DNA of 64,000 nt, from NCBI GenBank assembly GCA_008632985.1, contig QPGO01000054.1:281050-345049 (forward strand), read 5' to 3'. The DNA comes from Psammoneis japonica. Lineage: Eukaryota. Below, in pieces: positions 21,262 to 33,735 of the stretch. The notes under the pieces are model-generated. The model was not told where the DNA came from. It did no database searches and saw only the letters and a program-made list of their open reading frames with translations. Positions within the stretch are counted from its first letter, which is position 1; the number at the start of each line of letters is the position of its first letter. The position numbers and the translations under genes are program-made.

Positions 21262-23079
21262 TCATTCTGCATTATTTTCTCCGTCTTCTATTTCCGCCGG
21301 CTCGTCTTCACCAGTCGCGTTCGTTGCAGATTTTTGTTCTTCATTAGATGTAGCTTCGACAACCCTTCTTTGAGACTTCTTGGTCTTGTCCGCAGCATAG
21401 AATCGTTCAGACTCAAGCTTTCGGAAACTCTCTAGCTTCTCTGGGACCAGCCCCGTGGGTGTATGTTGGGAAGCAGCTTGCGACCAATATGACTTGAGCT
21501 TGCTGAATTCAGCATCACCAGGAGGCGGTAACACGGCAGGCTCCTCATCATCTGAAGGGCGCGTGACGACCGAGCCACGAAACTTCTTCGTCGTCGTTAA
21601 GGTAGGCGATGATTCCGGAGCTCCAGGCTCATTGTTTTTGTTTTCCTCATCAGTGGGGAGTGCATTTTTCAACAACGAAGGAACCTCAGTATCAACTGTT
21701 GTTTCCGATTCGTCTTTTGCTGTGGTTGAGATATCGGAAATATTGACTGCATCGTTAGCATCTGCTGACTCATTATGAATATCTGGTCGTCGACTATCTG
21801 CGACATCGTCAATGTGATTCGTGTCCTTTTTGTTTCCATCTCCTTCTTTGTTGTCGCGTTTCTCCGCTTCGTTCGCAGTCATAACTTCTCCTCGGTCGGC
21901 TTGAAGAATAGAAGAAGGAGTTGACCTCTCAGCTTGCATGTTTTCTTGCGCAGGCTCGACGTCACCGCCAGGACGTGAATCATCTAACAGATTGATCGCC
22001 TCAACAGTGACCACATCTTCTGCTCCACTACCGCGAGAGGCGCTTTTACTATTCTCGGGCTCCGTTACAGAGTAGTGGATGAGCAAACGGTCTAGTTGTT
22101 GGGTGCACAATGAGCCGTCCTCTCCTTTGGGACTTGATCCAGCAACGTCCTTTACTCTTGCAGCTCTCTCAGCTTGAAAGTTCCCCTTTCTCACCTTGCT
22201 TGTCTGAAAAGCGCTTCGTACATCAATAGCCAATACTTCTTCAATACAGAGCAGGACATTTTCTACAGTATCGTGAACAGATTCATCTCCTCTATGCGGC
22301 CCGTAAAATTCCAGACACCTGGGTTTCTCGTCCAAAATGTGTTCCAACTCCTCTTTGGCTTTTGATGTTACGACTACATGTCGACTGGTGGACAACCCAC
22401 TCTGAACCCATGGGGGGACTTTTGGCGGTGTGCCTTCAACCGAGTCATAATGTGGAACGTATGGCTTTATATCCAAAACTGGTGTTCCGTCTACCAGATC
22501 AAGACCCGAAACTTCGAGATACGTCTTTCTGCAATGCTTGGTGGGTTTCGTAACGGAGTTCAATTGGCAGAGTGTCATTCCAATAGGATTTGGGCGATGC
22601 GGTGATCGTGTGGTCAATACACCCACCTTTTCACCTCCCAAAGCGGGCGGCGCAATCTTGCTTAGCTTGTTCTTGGATACCGTGTTGAGATGAAAGCAAA
22701 ACACAACCCAAACATGAGAATATTCTTCCAAGCCCAATACGGAATCCGGTTCCACTGAAAGTTCGATCCGTCCTCGTGCGTGTGGTGCTAGCAATCCTTG
22801 CCGGGGTGTTCCTACACATAAGCGGTAAATTGAATGAACAACTCCAATGGGCTTTACCACGAGCCCGTCCTCAAACAAATCGAATTCCTCATCCAGTGTA
22901 ACTCGTCGTCTGAGCTTCTTGGCGGCTTCTTCGTTATCTGATTTATCTCCCGAATCCGCGGAAGTTGGCTGAAGCTTTGATGAAGCCAACTGGGCGGTTT
23001 TTGTCTTTACGAGGGAGCAAGCTGCAGCTGTTGCAGAAGCCAGCAAGGAAGCCGTATGAGGCATTGCTGACGATGACAT
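21262..23079 (-). CDS. TRMO: TsaA/TrmO tRNA m6t6A37 methyltransferase with a long acidic low-complexity tail
   Basis: PIGVVHS..GTPRQG, GLEEYSHVWVVFCFH, GVLTTRSPHRPNPIGMT, GLDLVDGTPVLDIKPY. Confidence 0.92.
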   Translation of the reverse strand: MSSSAMPHTASLLASATAAACSLVKTKTAQLASSKLQPTSADSGDKSDNEEAAKKLRRRVTLDEEFDLFEDGLVVKPIGVVHSIYRLCVGTPRQGLLAPHARGRIELSVEPDSVLGLEEYSHVWVVFCFHLNTVSKNKLSKIAPPALGGEKVGVLTTRSPHRPNPIGMTLCQLNSVTKPTKHCRKTYLEVSGLDLVDGTPVLDIKPYVPHYDSVEGTPPKVPPWVQSGLSTSRHVVVTSKAKEELEHILDEKPRCLEFYGPHRGDESVHDTVENVLLCIEEVLAIDVRSAFQTSKVRKGNFQAERAARVKDVAGSSPKGEDGSLCTQQLDRLLIHYSVTEPENSKSASRGSGAEDVVTVEAINLLDDSRPGGDVEPAQENMQAERSTPSSILQADRGEVMTANEAEKRDNKEGDGNKKDTNHIDDVADSRRPDIHNESADANDAVNISDISTTAKDESETTVDTEVPSLLKNALPTDEENKNNEPGAPESSPTLTTTKKFRGSVVTRPSDDEEPAVLPPPGDAEFSKLKSYWSQAASQHTPTGLVPEKLESFRKLESERFYAADKTKKSQRRVVEATSNEEQKSATNATGEDEPAEIEDGENNAE

Positions 23080-23638
23080 GATTTGAAAGTGCTCGTGGTG
23101 ATGCACCGGTGCGAATTTACTCAAGAGAAAGACACCGTTGGTGATTGCAAGGTGCATTACCGGTCACCAACCGCTGCTGTGGATTTGTGGATCTCGAAAC
23201 CCGCAGAGTTTTATCAGAGCCTTTCTTGTTTTGTTTTGATATATTTGATGACTTGATACCAATTGTTGACTCCTGAGACGAGCAAAGACAACAACACGAC
23301 ACAGCTACCGGGTGCTCTCCGTATGATAGGCAGGGAGGTGACTGCCGACTCCAGACTGTGAATAGTGGATACCGGCGCGGTAGATGGACACGACGAGACA
23401 TACATCAACATCACGATGCGATCGTCGCCAGTCACGTGCAGTCATCAAAGCTCGCGCGCACTTTCAGTCCCGCGAGAAATGTTGAATTTTCGAAAAAAAT
23501 AGCCGTGGCGACTGGCGACACGATCGCGAATCGCGGTTTGAGAGTTTCTCGCTCGTTCTTCGTTCTTGCAGCTTTTATTCCTCCCTCTTGTTGTTGGAAC
23601 AGAGTGATTATCACAATAACGACACGCGACAATCGAAA

Positions 23639-25770
23639 ATGCCCCCAAACAGCTCAAGCCCGAAGAACCTCTCGGATGAGGAACTCAGGAACCTCGATAA
23701 AACGCAGCCTGTTGTGATTGCTAACCCCAGCATTCTTTCTGAAAGAGTCTTAGGGAATCCCGTCCTTCATCGTGCCTGCAAAATCAAGGCCGGTTCAGAC
23801 GTGATTCAGTTCCTGGTGACACAGCATCCTGCAGGTCTAGAGCAACACAACTACGATGGGTACCTTCCGTTGCACTTGGCCTGTCACTGTCAAAGTTACT
23901 CCCTCAAGCCTTCTCGTGGAAGTCAACGAATGGAGCCTACTTTGTCAGTCGTGCAGCTAGTGGCGGAACGGTATCCACAAGCTCTTCGGGATGTGTTTTG
24001 CGGCGCAACTCCTCTTGCAATTGCTTGCATGTCTGACTGCTCTTTGTCTATCATCCAGTATTTGGTCCATCAGGATCCCTTCACTTTGAAAATCCCTGAT
24101 CAACACGGGCGTCTGCCATGGCATTTGTCATGCCAATTCACAAGTCGAGTAGAAGTTCTGGAGTTTATGTATACTGAACAATTCAAAAACAAAATGCTAC
24201 ACAAGCTCACGGGCACCTGGAAACACCATGCGCTGCACTGCGTCTGCAAGAATAGGACACGTTGTGCATCGATGCTGGTGCGCTGGACTGTATCTCACCT
24301 AGGAGTGAAGGGCCTACATATCATGAGTCGCGATAAACAGTTGCCGTTACATGAAGCATGCTGGAACACTTGTCTGGATTCCGCAACTGTCGATTATGTT
24401 GTAAACTCCTATCCTGAAGCCGCTACTATTCGAGGTTCTTGTGGTCGATTTCCATTGCATCTGGTATGCATGGCTCGTCCAAGCGAGAGAGAAAGCCTTT
24501 TCACGCTACTGTTGGCTTTATTTCCTGACGCGGCCAATATAGAGAGTGACTTGGGAGAGACGGCTTTGTACCTTGTGTGTCAACGCAGGGTAGTTTGTGC
24601 TGACGTTGTGAAAGTTTTACTTCGGCTTTCGCCGGAGGGCGCGTCTATTTCAATTCAAGGGATGTTGCCGATAGACTCGCACTGCAAGAATGGGAATCCG
24701 CTTTCAACGCAAGTGGTTCGTCTTTTAGCCAAGGCTAACCCTGATTGCGTCCGTGGGAGGCTCCGTCTAGCATGCAAGAATCCATCGGCACCAGTGGATG
24801 CAGTGAAATTTTTGGCAAACAAAGCCCGGAAGAGCTTCTGCGGAAGGACACAAGTTACCCTTACGGTACGCCGGTGCACTCTTTGCTCGTTGCAAAAAAC
24901 TTTGAAGCAGCGCTGGTCCTGTTACAGATGTGCCCAAGGGCTGCAACACAGATTGATTATCATGGGCAGCTTCCTCTTCACTATGCTTGCCGATATGATG
25001 CTCCACTTGACGTGATTCAGGCCTTGGTGAGAGCGTATCCAGCTGCTGTCGCGACTGCGGACAAAAGTCACGACGAATGGCTGCCTATTCACTATGCAGT
25101 GAAACACGGCATTAAAGCAGAGGCAGTGGGGTACTTATTGGATTGTCATCGCGAAAGCACTCGATGCAGTGGAAGGGACCGGAAAATACCGCTGCACATT
25201 GCATGCATGTATTGTGAGGACGTGAGTGTCCTCGACGCATGTTTAGAGCGAGACTTTGACAGCATCCGTGTCCAGGACAGCTTTCACAATTGTGCTCTTC
25301 ACTTGGCTTGTCAGAAAATGGACAAGTCAATAGACGTTGTCTCATTCCTCATCAAGAGTGATCCCGGGGTTTTATATATTACCAATGATTGCGGTGCGTT
25401 ACCCATACACATTGCGTGTGCGGGAAGCGGGATCAGTTTACCCTTGCTACGGATATTGGTCAAAGCCTCGCCCAGCAGTGTACGGCAAAAGGATTATGGA
25501 AAATGCAAGGATCTCCCTCTTCATATATTGTGCCGCAATAAGTGGGGACCCTTGGACGCTGTCGAATTCCTGGTTGAAAAGTATCCATATTCCGTTCTGG
25601 TCCGAAATAAAAGAGACGAAATGCCGCTTGATGTCGCAAAAAGCACTGGGAAAATAGCGCTCCTTGAAGAGGCGCAGAAGAGAGTGATCAACGACATCAA
25701 GAACATTTTTGTGTCGCTAGGATTGCCCGAGGACTGTTTTCAGTTGATCTGGCAATTTGCTATGAAGTAA
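23639..25770 (+). CDS. Ankyrin-repeat protein of the diatom-expanded LPLHxAC type; apparent 1-bp frameshift near 24822
   Basis: Repeated GxLPLHxAC...V..LV..YP.A units across ORFs 23588-25015 and 24745-25770. One extra A in the AAA run joins them (NKSPEELL). Confidence 0.82.
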
Positions 25771-26918
25771 GGCAGCCCGATAGCTCTAGTATTGTAGAGA
25801 GGGCCCCGTGACTGTGCGAGCTTCCACTTCCTCCCACTTCACCGTCGGCCTATTTCTTTCGAAAAAGAAAACCAACATTTTCCCAGTCTTTATGACGAGC
25901 ACTCTCCAGGGAGAACAATGAACGGCAAGAAACCACATACACGTTGCGCCGCTGCAAGACAATGCTGCGGTGTCGTGCACCAGAAGAGTAGTCGGCAAAA
26001 TAATACCACAAGTTTAGCTTTATTATTTCTGCATCTTGTTGAGCCTTCGTACGGTAGGGTATTAGTGCGGACGGCAGCAGCAATCGACACACGACGACAC
26101 TACAAGAGCGGACTCTCTTCATCGGGTGCGACTTCGGCTAAGCGGTGGACCCCTTCCTCGACATCCTGACGGCCTTCTTGAATACATAAAAATGCGAAAT
26201 ACGCAGCCGTAATGCTAGGAACGACAGCTACAATGCTCCACGCAACTGTCGCATTTGCGACCTCCCATGCTAACTCTCCGTACTTGACAACATAAGATAC
26301 CACCAAGGTCAGTCCGACCAACTTTGCCATAAGCACGCATCGCTCTCGGTAGCAGAATCGGAAGATGGCTGCAGATTTGCCTGCTGTGGTTGCCCTGTTG
26401 GCTCTGCCTCCTCAGCATCCCTGTCGCACAGACTCCATCCATTGTGTCGAGCAATGCGATAGGCAGCAATCATAGTTGTCGTATTGCCTAGGAGCGTAAG
26501 GGCACCTTGGGCGCTGACAAGAGACTCGAGTTCGACTTTGTTGTGTGTCAAGTGATGAGTCACAGCACATGTGGACGACGCGTGCATGGGAAGCGTGCCC
26601 CAAGTTAAGCCTCTCCAAGTAAGGTTGCCAATCGCCCCGCCGTATACCCAAACCAGCTTCATGGCCACCAAGCATTCAAAGACGGATAAGAAATGGATAA
26701 TCCAAGTCGGAATCGACAGAGCATTTTTGGGTTCTGGTCTTATGGCCCAGAAGAGCTTCTCGGGAGCCCAGCAGTTGCCAACCCCAAACAAAAATTGAGA
26801 ATGTACCTCAAAGTTCCGAAAAGTTCCAACAACCACAAAGATCACTAGGAACAACGTGGCTGCCCAAGCGGCAGGCTTCGCTTTGGGGTCAAAAAAGGTT
26901 TGACTGTATGGTCTCATG
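25114..26918. repeat. Copy 1 of a 1.8-kb segmental duplication (copy 2 at 28813-30641)
   Basis: High nucleotide identity covering the ankyrin 3' part, the intergenic region and the DUF2499 3' part. Confidence 0.95.
26100..26918 (-). pseudogene. 5'-truncated, frameshifted copy of the DUF2499 (Ycf49-like) membrane-protein gene
   Basis: NALSIPTWIIHFLSVFE.LVAM..W, WRGLTWG.LP; 1-bp deletion near 26336; similarity stops at 26918. Confidence 0.8.
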
Positions 26919-27695
26919 TTGTCAATGTTCCTGAGAGTAAGCAGGCAGCACAGTGGAAACCAATGAAAGATTTCCATCGCCATTGTATCTAGCAAAGCTT
27001 ATTGAGGCGTAATCTTGAATCCTTGGTGACGCGACGTGAGTGTTGTCTCCGAAGAGTTGGTCCGGTGTTTCCTTGCTTCGAATGAAATGACGCACCGGAT
27101 CCATCTTGACATTGGAGGTGATTTTTGACATTCGGTTGAATTGGTTGACAGTACATTATGACGTTGAGAACGGACTGCATGTATTGCATATTCCGTTGTT
27201 TGTCTGTTGCATACCCCGCAGTACAGCGTTGCGTCACAACCTCTCAATGCGACAGTGCTGCCGAAGCAACTTGCGCATGTTGAACATTTGTCGGCACAGC
27301 CCAGCTCACAACAGCTTTCAATTGAAACACATATCGCATTCTCACAACTTGCACACGTCTTCTCCGACGAATAAAGCGATCCGAGCTCACAATCAATAGT
27401 CACCCCGTTTGACCGAGACGAACCACCGTACACTCTCCGAGACCTTTTCTTCACCAACAGTGACCTCCTATGAAAAAATTGAAGATACAGTATCACTCGA
27501 GTGTAGAAGAATAAATTGTTCCTTTAGTATCACTGTGATACACCTTGTATTAATGGTGAAATAAACGTCCACAAGACGGCTCTCGTCATGGTGTGCGTTT
27601 TTTTGATGTTTTCCGCCGTGGCGATTTTTTTGCTAAATTTTTCTCCACTGACGTAAATCTCTACAAATTTTAGATAGAACTGACGTCAAGTTGAA

Positions 27696-27827
27696 GTCTT
27701 AAGTCCGTCTTAAGTCCGTCTTACGACCGTCTTACGACCGTCTTAAGCCAGCATTAAATTTTATCCAGATTTGTATATATTTCGGTCGTAAGACGGTCGT
27801 AAGACGGTCGTAAGACGGTCGTAAGAC
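27696..27827. repeat. Inverted arrays of an 11-bp unit (GTCTTACGACC/GTCTTAAGTCC x~5 facing GGTCGTAAGAC x4) around a ~36-bp AT-rich spacer
   Basis: Directly visible at 27696-27747 and 27784-27827. Confidence 0.9.
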
Positions 27828-28008
27828 GTTAAGGGTGGGAAATCCCTTGTGTTTTCGACATATTTGCAAATAGCATCAAAAATAACTAACGTTTTTTAAA
27901 ATCATTTATGACGCAATTATGGAAAAAATATACCGACGCGTTCTGCGCTCACCGTGCAAACAACACGACAATGGCCGATAAGCAGATTAGCTACATCCGT
28001 GGGCGCAT

Positions 28009-28776
28009 TTAGGGAAGAATGCCACCTGGAAGAATGGAGACACCCAAGAATTCATCAGTGACAAGACCCACAATGCCCATCATGGCTGCACGTCCATTGT
28101 TCAATTCAACTGCACGCTTCTTGAGCTTGGTGGCGTCATCAAACTTGTCCCATCCAAAGTCAAGGACGCCGTTGCGGTAATCACCAACGAACAACGAACT
28201 CCGCCTCATTATCCAACCAATCGGCGTCACGGTTAACAATTTCGGCAACAACAAAGAAGGCACCCATTTGAAGAAGTACATTAATGCCAGTCTCGGAGGT
28301 GAAAAGATATGGGAATGCTTTTAGACCCGCTGGGACGTCCTCGGCGCCAGGAAAGCGGACTCCATAGGCCGTGCACAAGTAGACAACAACTGCCAACATC
28401 GAGACACGTCCGTGCTTAATCTCAATCTCACGAAGAACGTCGAATTTTCTCTGGCTACCATCTTCAATAAGGTTGAGAGGATCCCACAAGCCAAGCTATC
28501 AACAATTGAGACATAAGCAGGAGAAGACGAGGTGAGAGCTTGACAACGTCAGACTGAAACATCGACATGCACTGCTGCAATCATATCGAGAGTGCCTATT
28601 CCTACAGGAGCTAATCATCAAATTCTGATCGACAGTAGGGACAAGTACTCACAGGAGCCTGAGCACCGAGAGCATCCGCAAACGGCAGCAAGTGCCGTAG
28701 AGCCACTACTCTGAGTTGCAGGAGCAAAGGCAGCGGCAGAACCGGCAAGAGCGAGAAGCGTGGCAGTGACCTTCAT
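28009..28776 (-). pseudogene. Fucoxanthin-chlorophyll a/c binding protein (Lhcf-like) pseudogene with one intron
   Basis: MKVTATLLALAGSAAAFAP presequence, GLWDPL, EIKHGRVSMLA, ELNNGRAAMMG. Frameshift in exon 1 (~28685), a 7-bp tandem duplication GTTCGTT (~28186-28199), and a duplication breakpoint ~36 bp upstream of the ATG. Confidence 0.88.
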
Positions 28777-28812
28777 CGTGAACTTGGTTTTTGACACAAA
28801 GGACTTGGAATC

Positions 28813-29466
28813 AAAGCGGAGGCGGTAGGGTACTTATTGGATTGTCATCACGAAAGCACTCGATGCAGTGGAAGGGACCGGAAAATACCGCTGCACATTG
28901 CATGCATGTATTGTGAGGACGTAAGTGTCCTCGACGCATGTTTAGAGCGAGACTTTGACAGCATCCGTGTCCAGGACAGCTTTCACAATTGTGCTCTTCA
29001 CTTGGCTTGTCAGAAAATGGACAAGTCAAAAGACGTTGTTTCATTCCTCATCAAGAGTGATCCCGGGGTTTTATATTACCAATGATTGCGGTGCGCTACC
29101 CATACACATTGCGTGTGCAGGAAGCGGGATCAGTTTACCCTTGCTACGGATATTGGTCAAAGCCTCGCCCAGCAGTGTACGGCAAAAGGATTATGGAAAA
29201 TGCAAGGATCTCCCTCTTCATATATTGTGCCGCAATAAGTGGGGACCCTTGGACGCTGTCGAATTCCTGGTTGAAAAGTATCCATATTCCGTACTGGTCC
29301 GAAATAAAAGAGACGAAATGCCGCTTGATGTCGCAAAAAGCACTGGGAAAATAGCGCTCCTTGAAGAGGCGCAGAAGAGAGGATCAACGACATCAAGAAC
29401 ATTTTTGTGTCGCTAGGATTGCCCGAGGACTGTTTTCAGTTGATCTGGCAATTTGCTATGAAGTAA
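28813..29466 (+). pseudogene. Partial duplicate of the ankyrin gene 3' end (no 5' part, two frameshifts)
   Basis: Matches 25114-25770; 2-bp deletion at ~29073 and 1-bp deletion at ~29381. Confidence 0.88.
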
Positions 29467-29822
29467 GGCAGCCCGATAGCTCCAGTATTGCAGAGAGGGC
29501 AGCGTGACTGTGCGAGTTTCCACTTCCACTTCACCGTCGGCCTGTTTCTTTCGAAAAAGAAAACCAATATTTTCTCAGTCTTTTTGACGAGCACTCTCCA
29601 GGGAGAAGAATACACGAGAAGAAACTGCATAACCCCCCGGTACACGTAGCGCCACTGCAAGACAGTGCTGCGGTGCACGGCACCAGAAGAGAAGTAGTCG
29701 GCAAAATCATAACACAAGTTTAGCTTTAGTTCTGCATCTTGTTGAGCCTTCGTACGGTAGGGTATTAGTGCATATCACATATTGAGTTAGCGGACGGCAG
29801 CAGCACACGACACACGACGACG

Positions 29823-30897
29823 CTACAAGAGCGGACTCTCTTCATCGGGTGCGACTTCGGCTAAGCGGTGGACCCCTTCCTCGGTATCTTGACGGCCTTC
29901 TTGGATACATAAAAATGCGAAATATGAAGCCGTAATGCTAGGAACGACAGCTACAATGCTCCACGCAACTGTCGCATTTGCGACCTCCCATGCTAACTCT
30001 CCATACTTGACAACATAAGATACCACCAAGGTCAGTCCGACCAACTTTGCCATAAGCACTGCATTGCTCTCGGTAGCAGAATCGGAAGATGGCTGCAGAT
30101 TTGCCTGCTGTGGTTGCCCTGTTGGCTCTGCCTCCTCAGCATCCCTGTCGCACAGACTCCATCCATTGTGTCGAGCAATGCGATAGGCAGCAATCATGGT
30201 TGTCGTATTGCCTAGGAGCGTGAGGGCACCTTGGGCGCTGACAAGAGACTCGAGTTCGACTTTGTTGTGTGTCAAGTGATGAGTCACAGCACATATGGAC
30301 GACGCGTGCATGGGAAGCATGCCCCAAGTTAAGCCTCTCCAAGTAAGGTTGCCAATCGCCCCGCCGTATACCCAAACCAGCTTCATGGCCACCAAGTATT
30401 CAAAGACGGATAAGAAATGGATAATCCAAGTTGGAATCGATAGAGCATTTTCGGGTTCTGGTCTTATGGCCCAAAGAGCTTCTCGGGAGCCCAGTAGTTT
30501 CCAACCCCAAACAAAAATTGAGAATGTACCTCAAAGTTCCGAAAAGTTCCAACAACCACAAAGATCACAAGGAACAACGTGGCTGCCCAAGCGGCAGGCT
30601 TCGCTTTGGGGTCAAAAAAGGTTTGACTGTATGGTCTCATGGCATCTTTGAAACCAACGACAATCAGAATGTTGGCTATGGTGAGGAGAGACTCCGCTGA
30701 CCCATGCAACCAATCGCAATTTGCGAGTGAGGAGTGAAAGAGATTCTGCGCCAGAACACCAGCAAGTATCGTTCCAAACACAAAGACAAGCACAAACTGG
30801 AAACCAAAGTTTGCAATATTCGGAGTACGGGTTTGGGGCCTGGATAGAAAATATAGAAAAAGTAGGTACGGCACCAAACTCGCCTGAAAGAACATTC
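29823..30897 (-). CDS. DUF3593 + DUF2499 (Ycf49-like) membrane protein; frameshift near 30472, 5' exon not identified (may be a pseudogene)
   Basis: FFQASLVPYLLFLYFL, FGFQFVLVFVFGTI, LANCDWLHGSAESLLT, then NALSIPTWIIH and WRGLTWGMLP; pyrimidine-rich splice acceptor at ~30898. Confidence 0.7.
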
Positions 30898-31711
30898 TGA
30901 ACGAAACGAAAAGAACGAAAAAGGGGCAATGCAAATGGAAAGGTTGAGCGAGTCTTGTTTGTGACGGATGCCTATGGATCAGAGCCTTGCAGAAGGCTTT
31001 CCAAGATGCAGCTGCAGAACAAGGGCTACTCACGGGGGGAGCATGATTGATCCTTGGATTATTTGTCGAAAGTTACCGACCCGAGAGCAGTCGCCCTCGC
31101 CATACCAGTAAATGTAATGGAGAGAGAATAACAAGATCACTCTACCATCGATAGATCATTGTCGTTGCGCGTTGAAACATGCTTTCAGGCTTCAGACTTC
31201 GGGTTCGGACGACACCACTCTATCCCCAGCGTTCTAAGAGTGATGTCACGTAACATTTATAACGTATATGTATGTATATGAACGATGAGGATACTTCGTC
31301 CGTCTTCTGTCCGGAGGCGCTGTGGTGCAATCATTGGGCCTCTTCTGCCACTCCTACCTAGACTGGTGGATCATAGGGCTACTACTACTCTAGAGGCCAC
31401 TCTCTGCCAATCTGTGGATACTCTCTATTCATTTTCAGTAGGGCCCTATCTAGACTATGCACTGTACCCAGTAGCTGGAAATGATAGACTTAGGTGTCAG
31501 AGAGCGTGAATCTTTTTGTTGACGATGCCTAACGTACCCTCTCTACTCTAGGATACGGTAAACGCGACAAACAGAACTACGTGAAGTAGCATTGTAAAAC
31601 GACAAAGCCCCAATGTCAGCCCCAACATCATATCGTCTTCGAAACACCACAGTGCGATCGGGATTGGTCCTCCGACCGAACACGTCTTCAATACCCCCAG
31701 TGGAGTGCACG

Positions 31712-33065
31712 TCATGATCGCGTCGCATTGGGATTCAACCCTACATATGGGACGGCGAGTAAATCGTCTTCTGCAAAAGATCCCCCACAGCTCATCAAGG
31801 GTGCCAAGCCTGCAGCAGGGGAAAAGTCAGGCTCGCTGAAATACTGCATCAGCCGCTTTTTGATGCCAGAAACGTGGGCTGCACCAACAATTGTCACCAA
31901 TCGCAAAGGGCGCTCTTGCCTGATGTTATCGTCGTCTCCTTCCGCCAAATCATGGCAAACTTGCAAGGCTTTTGTGGCCATCCATTTATCGCGTTCATCA
32001 ATAATAATCTCGTATAGCTGCGGGCACTCTTGGCGAAAGGACTGCATAATGTTAGCAATCGCATCGCGGCTCAACGGATCATCATCATCGACGTCTGTCG
32101 TTGTCGAAAAGTCGATATCAAATATCCAAACTACAAGGAAGGCCAAAACTCCTTCCGCCAGACCTGCCACGAATCCGAATACTAGTCCAGCCACAATCCC
32201 GTACAATCTGGTTTTTGACACCCCCAAGAACATTAGTAGAAGTTTTCCCTTAGTCCGCCGTGTCATTGATTTTATTGATTTCCAAGCTCGTAAGGCTGTA
32301 ATTTGAAAGGGACGATCGCCCAGTATCAGGTTAGGATATTGGATCTGACTAGTCCGTTCTTTCTGCCTCAATATGGCGTCCTTCCAGTACTTGCATGCCA
32401 TTCTGGCCTCTCCTCCCACTTCAACGCCCATAGCTTCGGCAAGCTCCTCCACATCCGCAGCCATGTGGTTCACAACCAAAGCTAACGGAAACGGAATTGA
32501 GGAATTCCTGGACTGTCTAATTGTTTCCAAAACACTGGGACGATTGCGGGTTTCCTTACTTGTATCATCATCCTTATCCTTCTTCTTGCTTTCCATCGAA
32601 GTAGCAATCCTCAACATGCGAGGGAAACAGAGCTCAACCATAATGGCTTCCGGTCGAACATGATTCAGCAAAGCTTGCACGTCATTGACAGATTCCTTTG
32701 AAACGTGGCAGGTTCCCAGAATGTAGATTTCCACGTCATTGTACCATACCAATTTGACCAGATTCTTTGACTCAACGTGGCGTTCTAGACGGGAAGGAAA
32801 TATTTGCCACTCGTTTTTCGTTTTGTACATGGCTTCATCGGATGCCACTCAGAGCTCGCATCGACCAGAGCATCAATCGTCGATGCTCCATGTCAGAGAA
32901 AAAGGAAGAATGTAGATTCGGTGGAGACACGTCGCCACGAACGAACTTCTTTGGCGCTTTCAAGAAGGATGGAGCTCGCTGGTTGTTTGCCGACGGAAGC
33001 ATAGTGAACCCATGGCTCGCAGTCGTCTGGATCGCAAGAACTATCAAAAAGATAATAATCATCAT
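31712..33065 (-). CDS. TraB/PrgY-family (TRABD-like) protein; a signal-peptide-like 5' segment lies in another frame
   Basis: IYILGTCHVSKES, PEAIMVELC..R, LGDRP, IIDERDKWMA, IVGAAHVSGI. The join to upstream MMIIIFLIVLAIQTTASHGF is uncertain. Confidence 0.8.
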
Positions 33066-33735
33066 CTGAAACGAGGGCAACCACAGCGTTGTCGATGTAA
33101 TGTCGTTGTGTCAACTGCTTTCGAATGCACAAACTCGATGGAAGAATCGCCTCAACAGCTCAATATGACCACAATGTCCAAGCGCTTAGTTATGTTGCTC
33201 AAAAACCTGGAACCAGGATCATCTCGCTGTCGTTTGCTTTCGTTGTTTGTTCGTCGTGTGAGATCGGAGGGAGGTTTTGATCGCGCGCACACGCGCAAAC
33301 TTCAACTTCAATTTTCGAGCTCTGTCTTTTTTAACCACCTGTCAAAGCTCGCGACCTTTTTGAGATTTTACAAAAAATCAAAATCGCATGGGGCCCTAGG
33401 TAACAACACGTCTCACCATGGCAATCGAAGTGTGTAGTGTGTTGCCAAACTGCCGACGGAAACAGCGGCTGGTGTTCCATAGACTTGTCTCAAGATGAGA
33501 GGGAGAAAGAGCGAGGAACTCGACGTTCGTGGTGCGTTGGCATGAGAGAATTTTTGTCGCGACTGCAACCATTCGCAAACGTCGTTGTAACATGATGCGA
33601 GGCAACGCACACACATGGGAATGATTCTCTCCATTTTGCACTGCATCGCCATTTTACAATCGACGTTGCACGATAGTAACAAAGACAACAAGAATTAGAA
33701 GAGATTAGAAAAGGACCCTGGCGTAACTGAGCAAA

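Noticed and set aside
27696..27827. CRISPR-like or telomeric array
   Set aside because: Units are contiguous 11-mers without unique spacers, arranged as inverted blocks; eukaryotic context, no cas genes, not TTAGGG-like.
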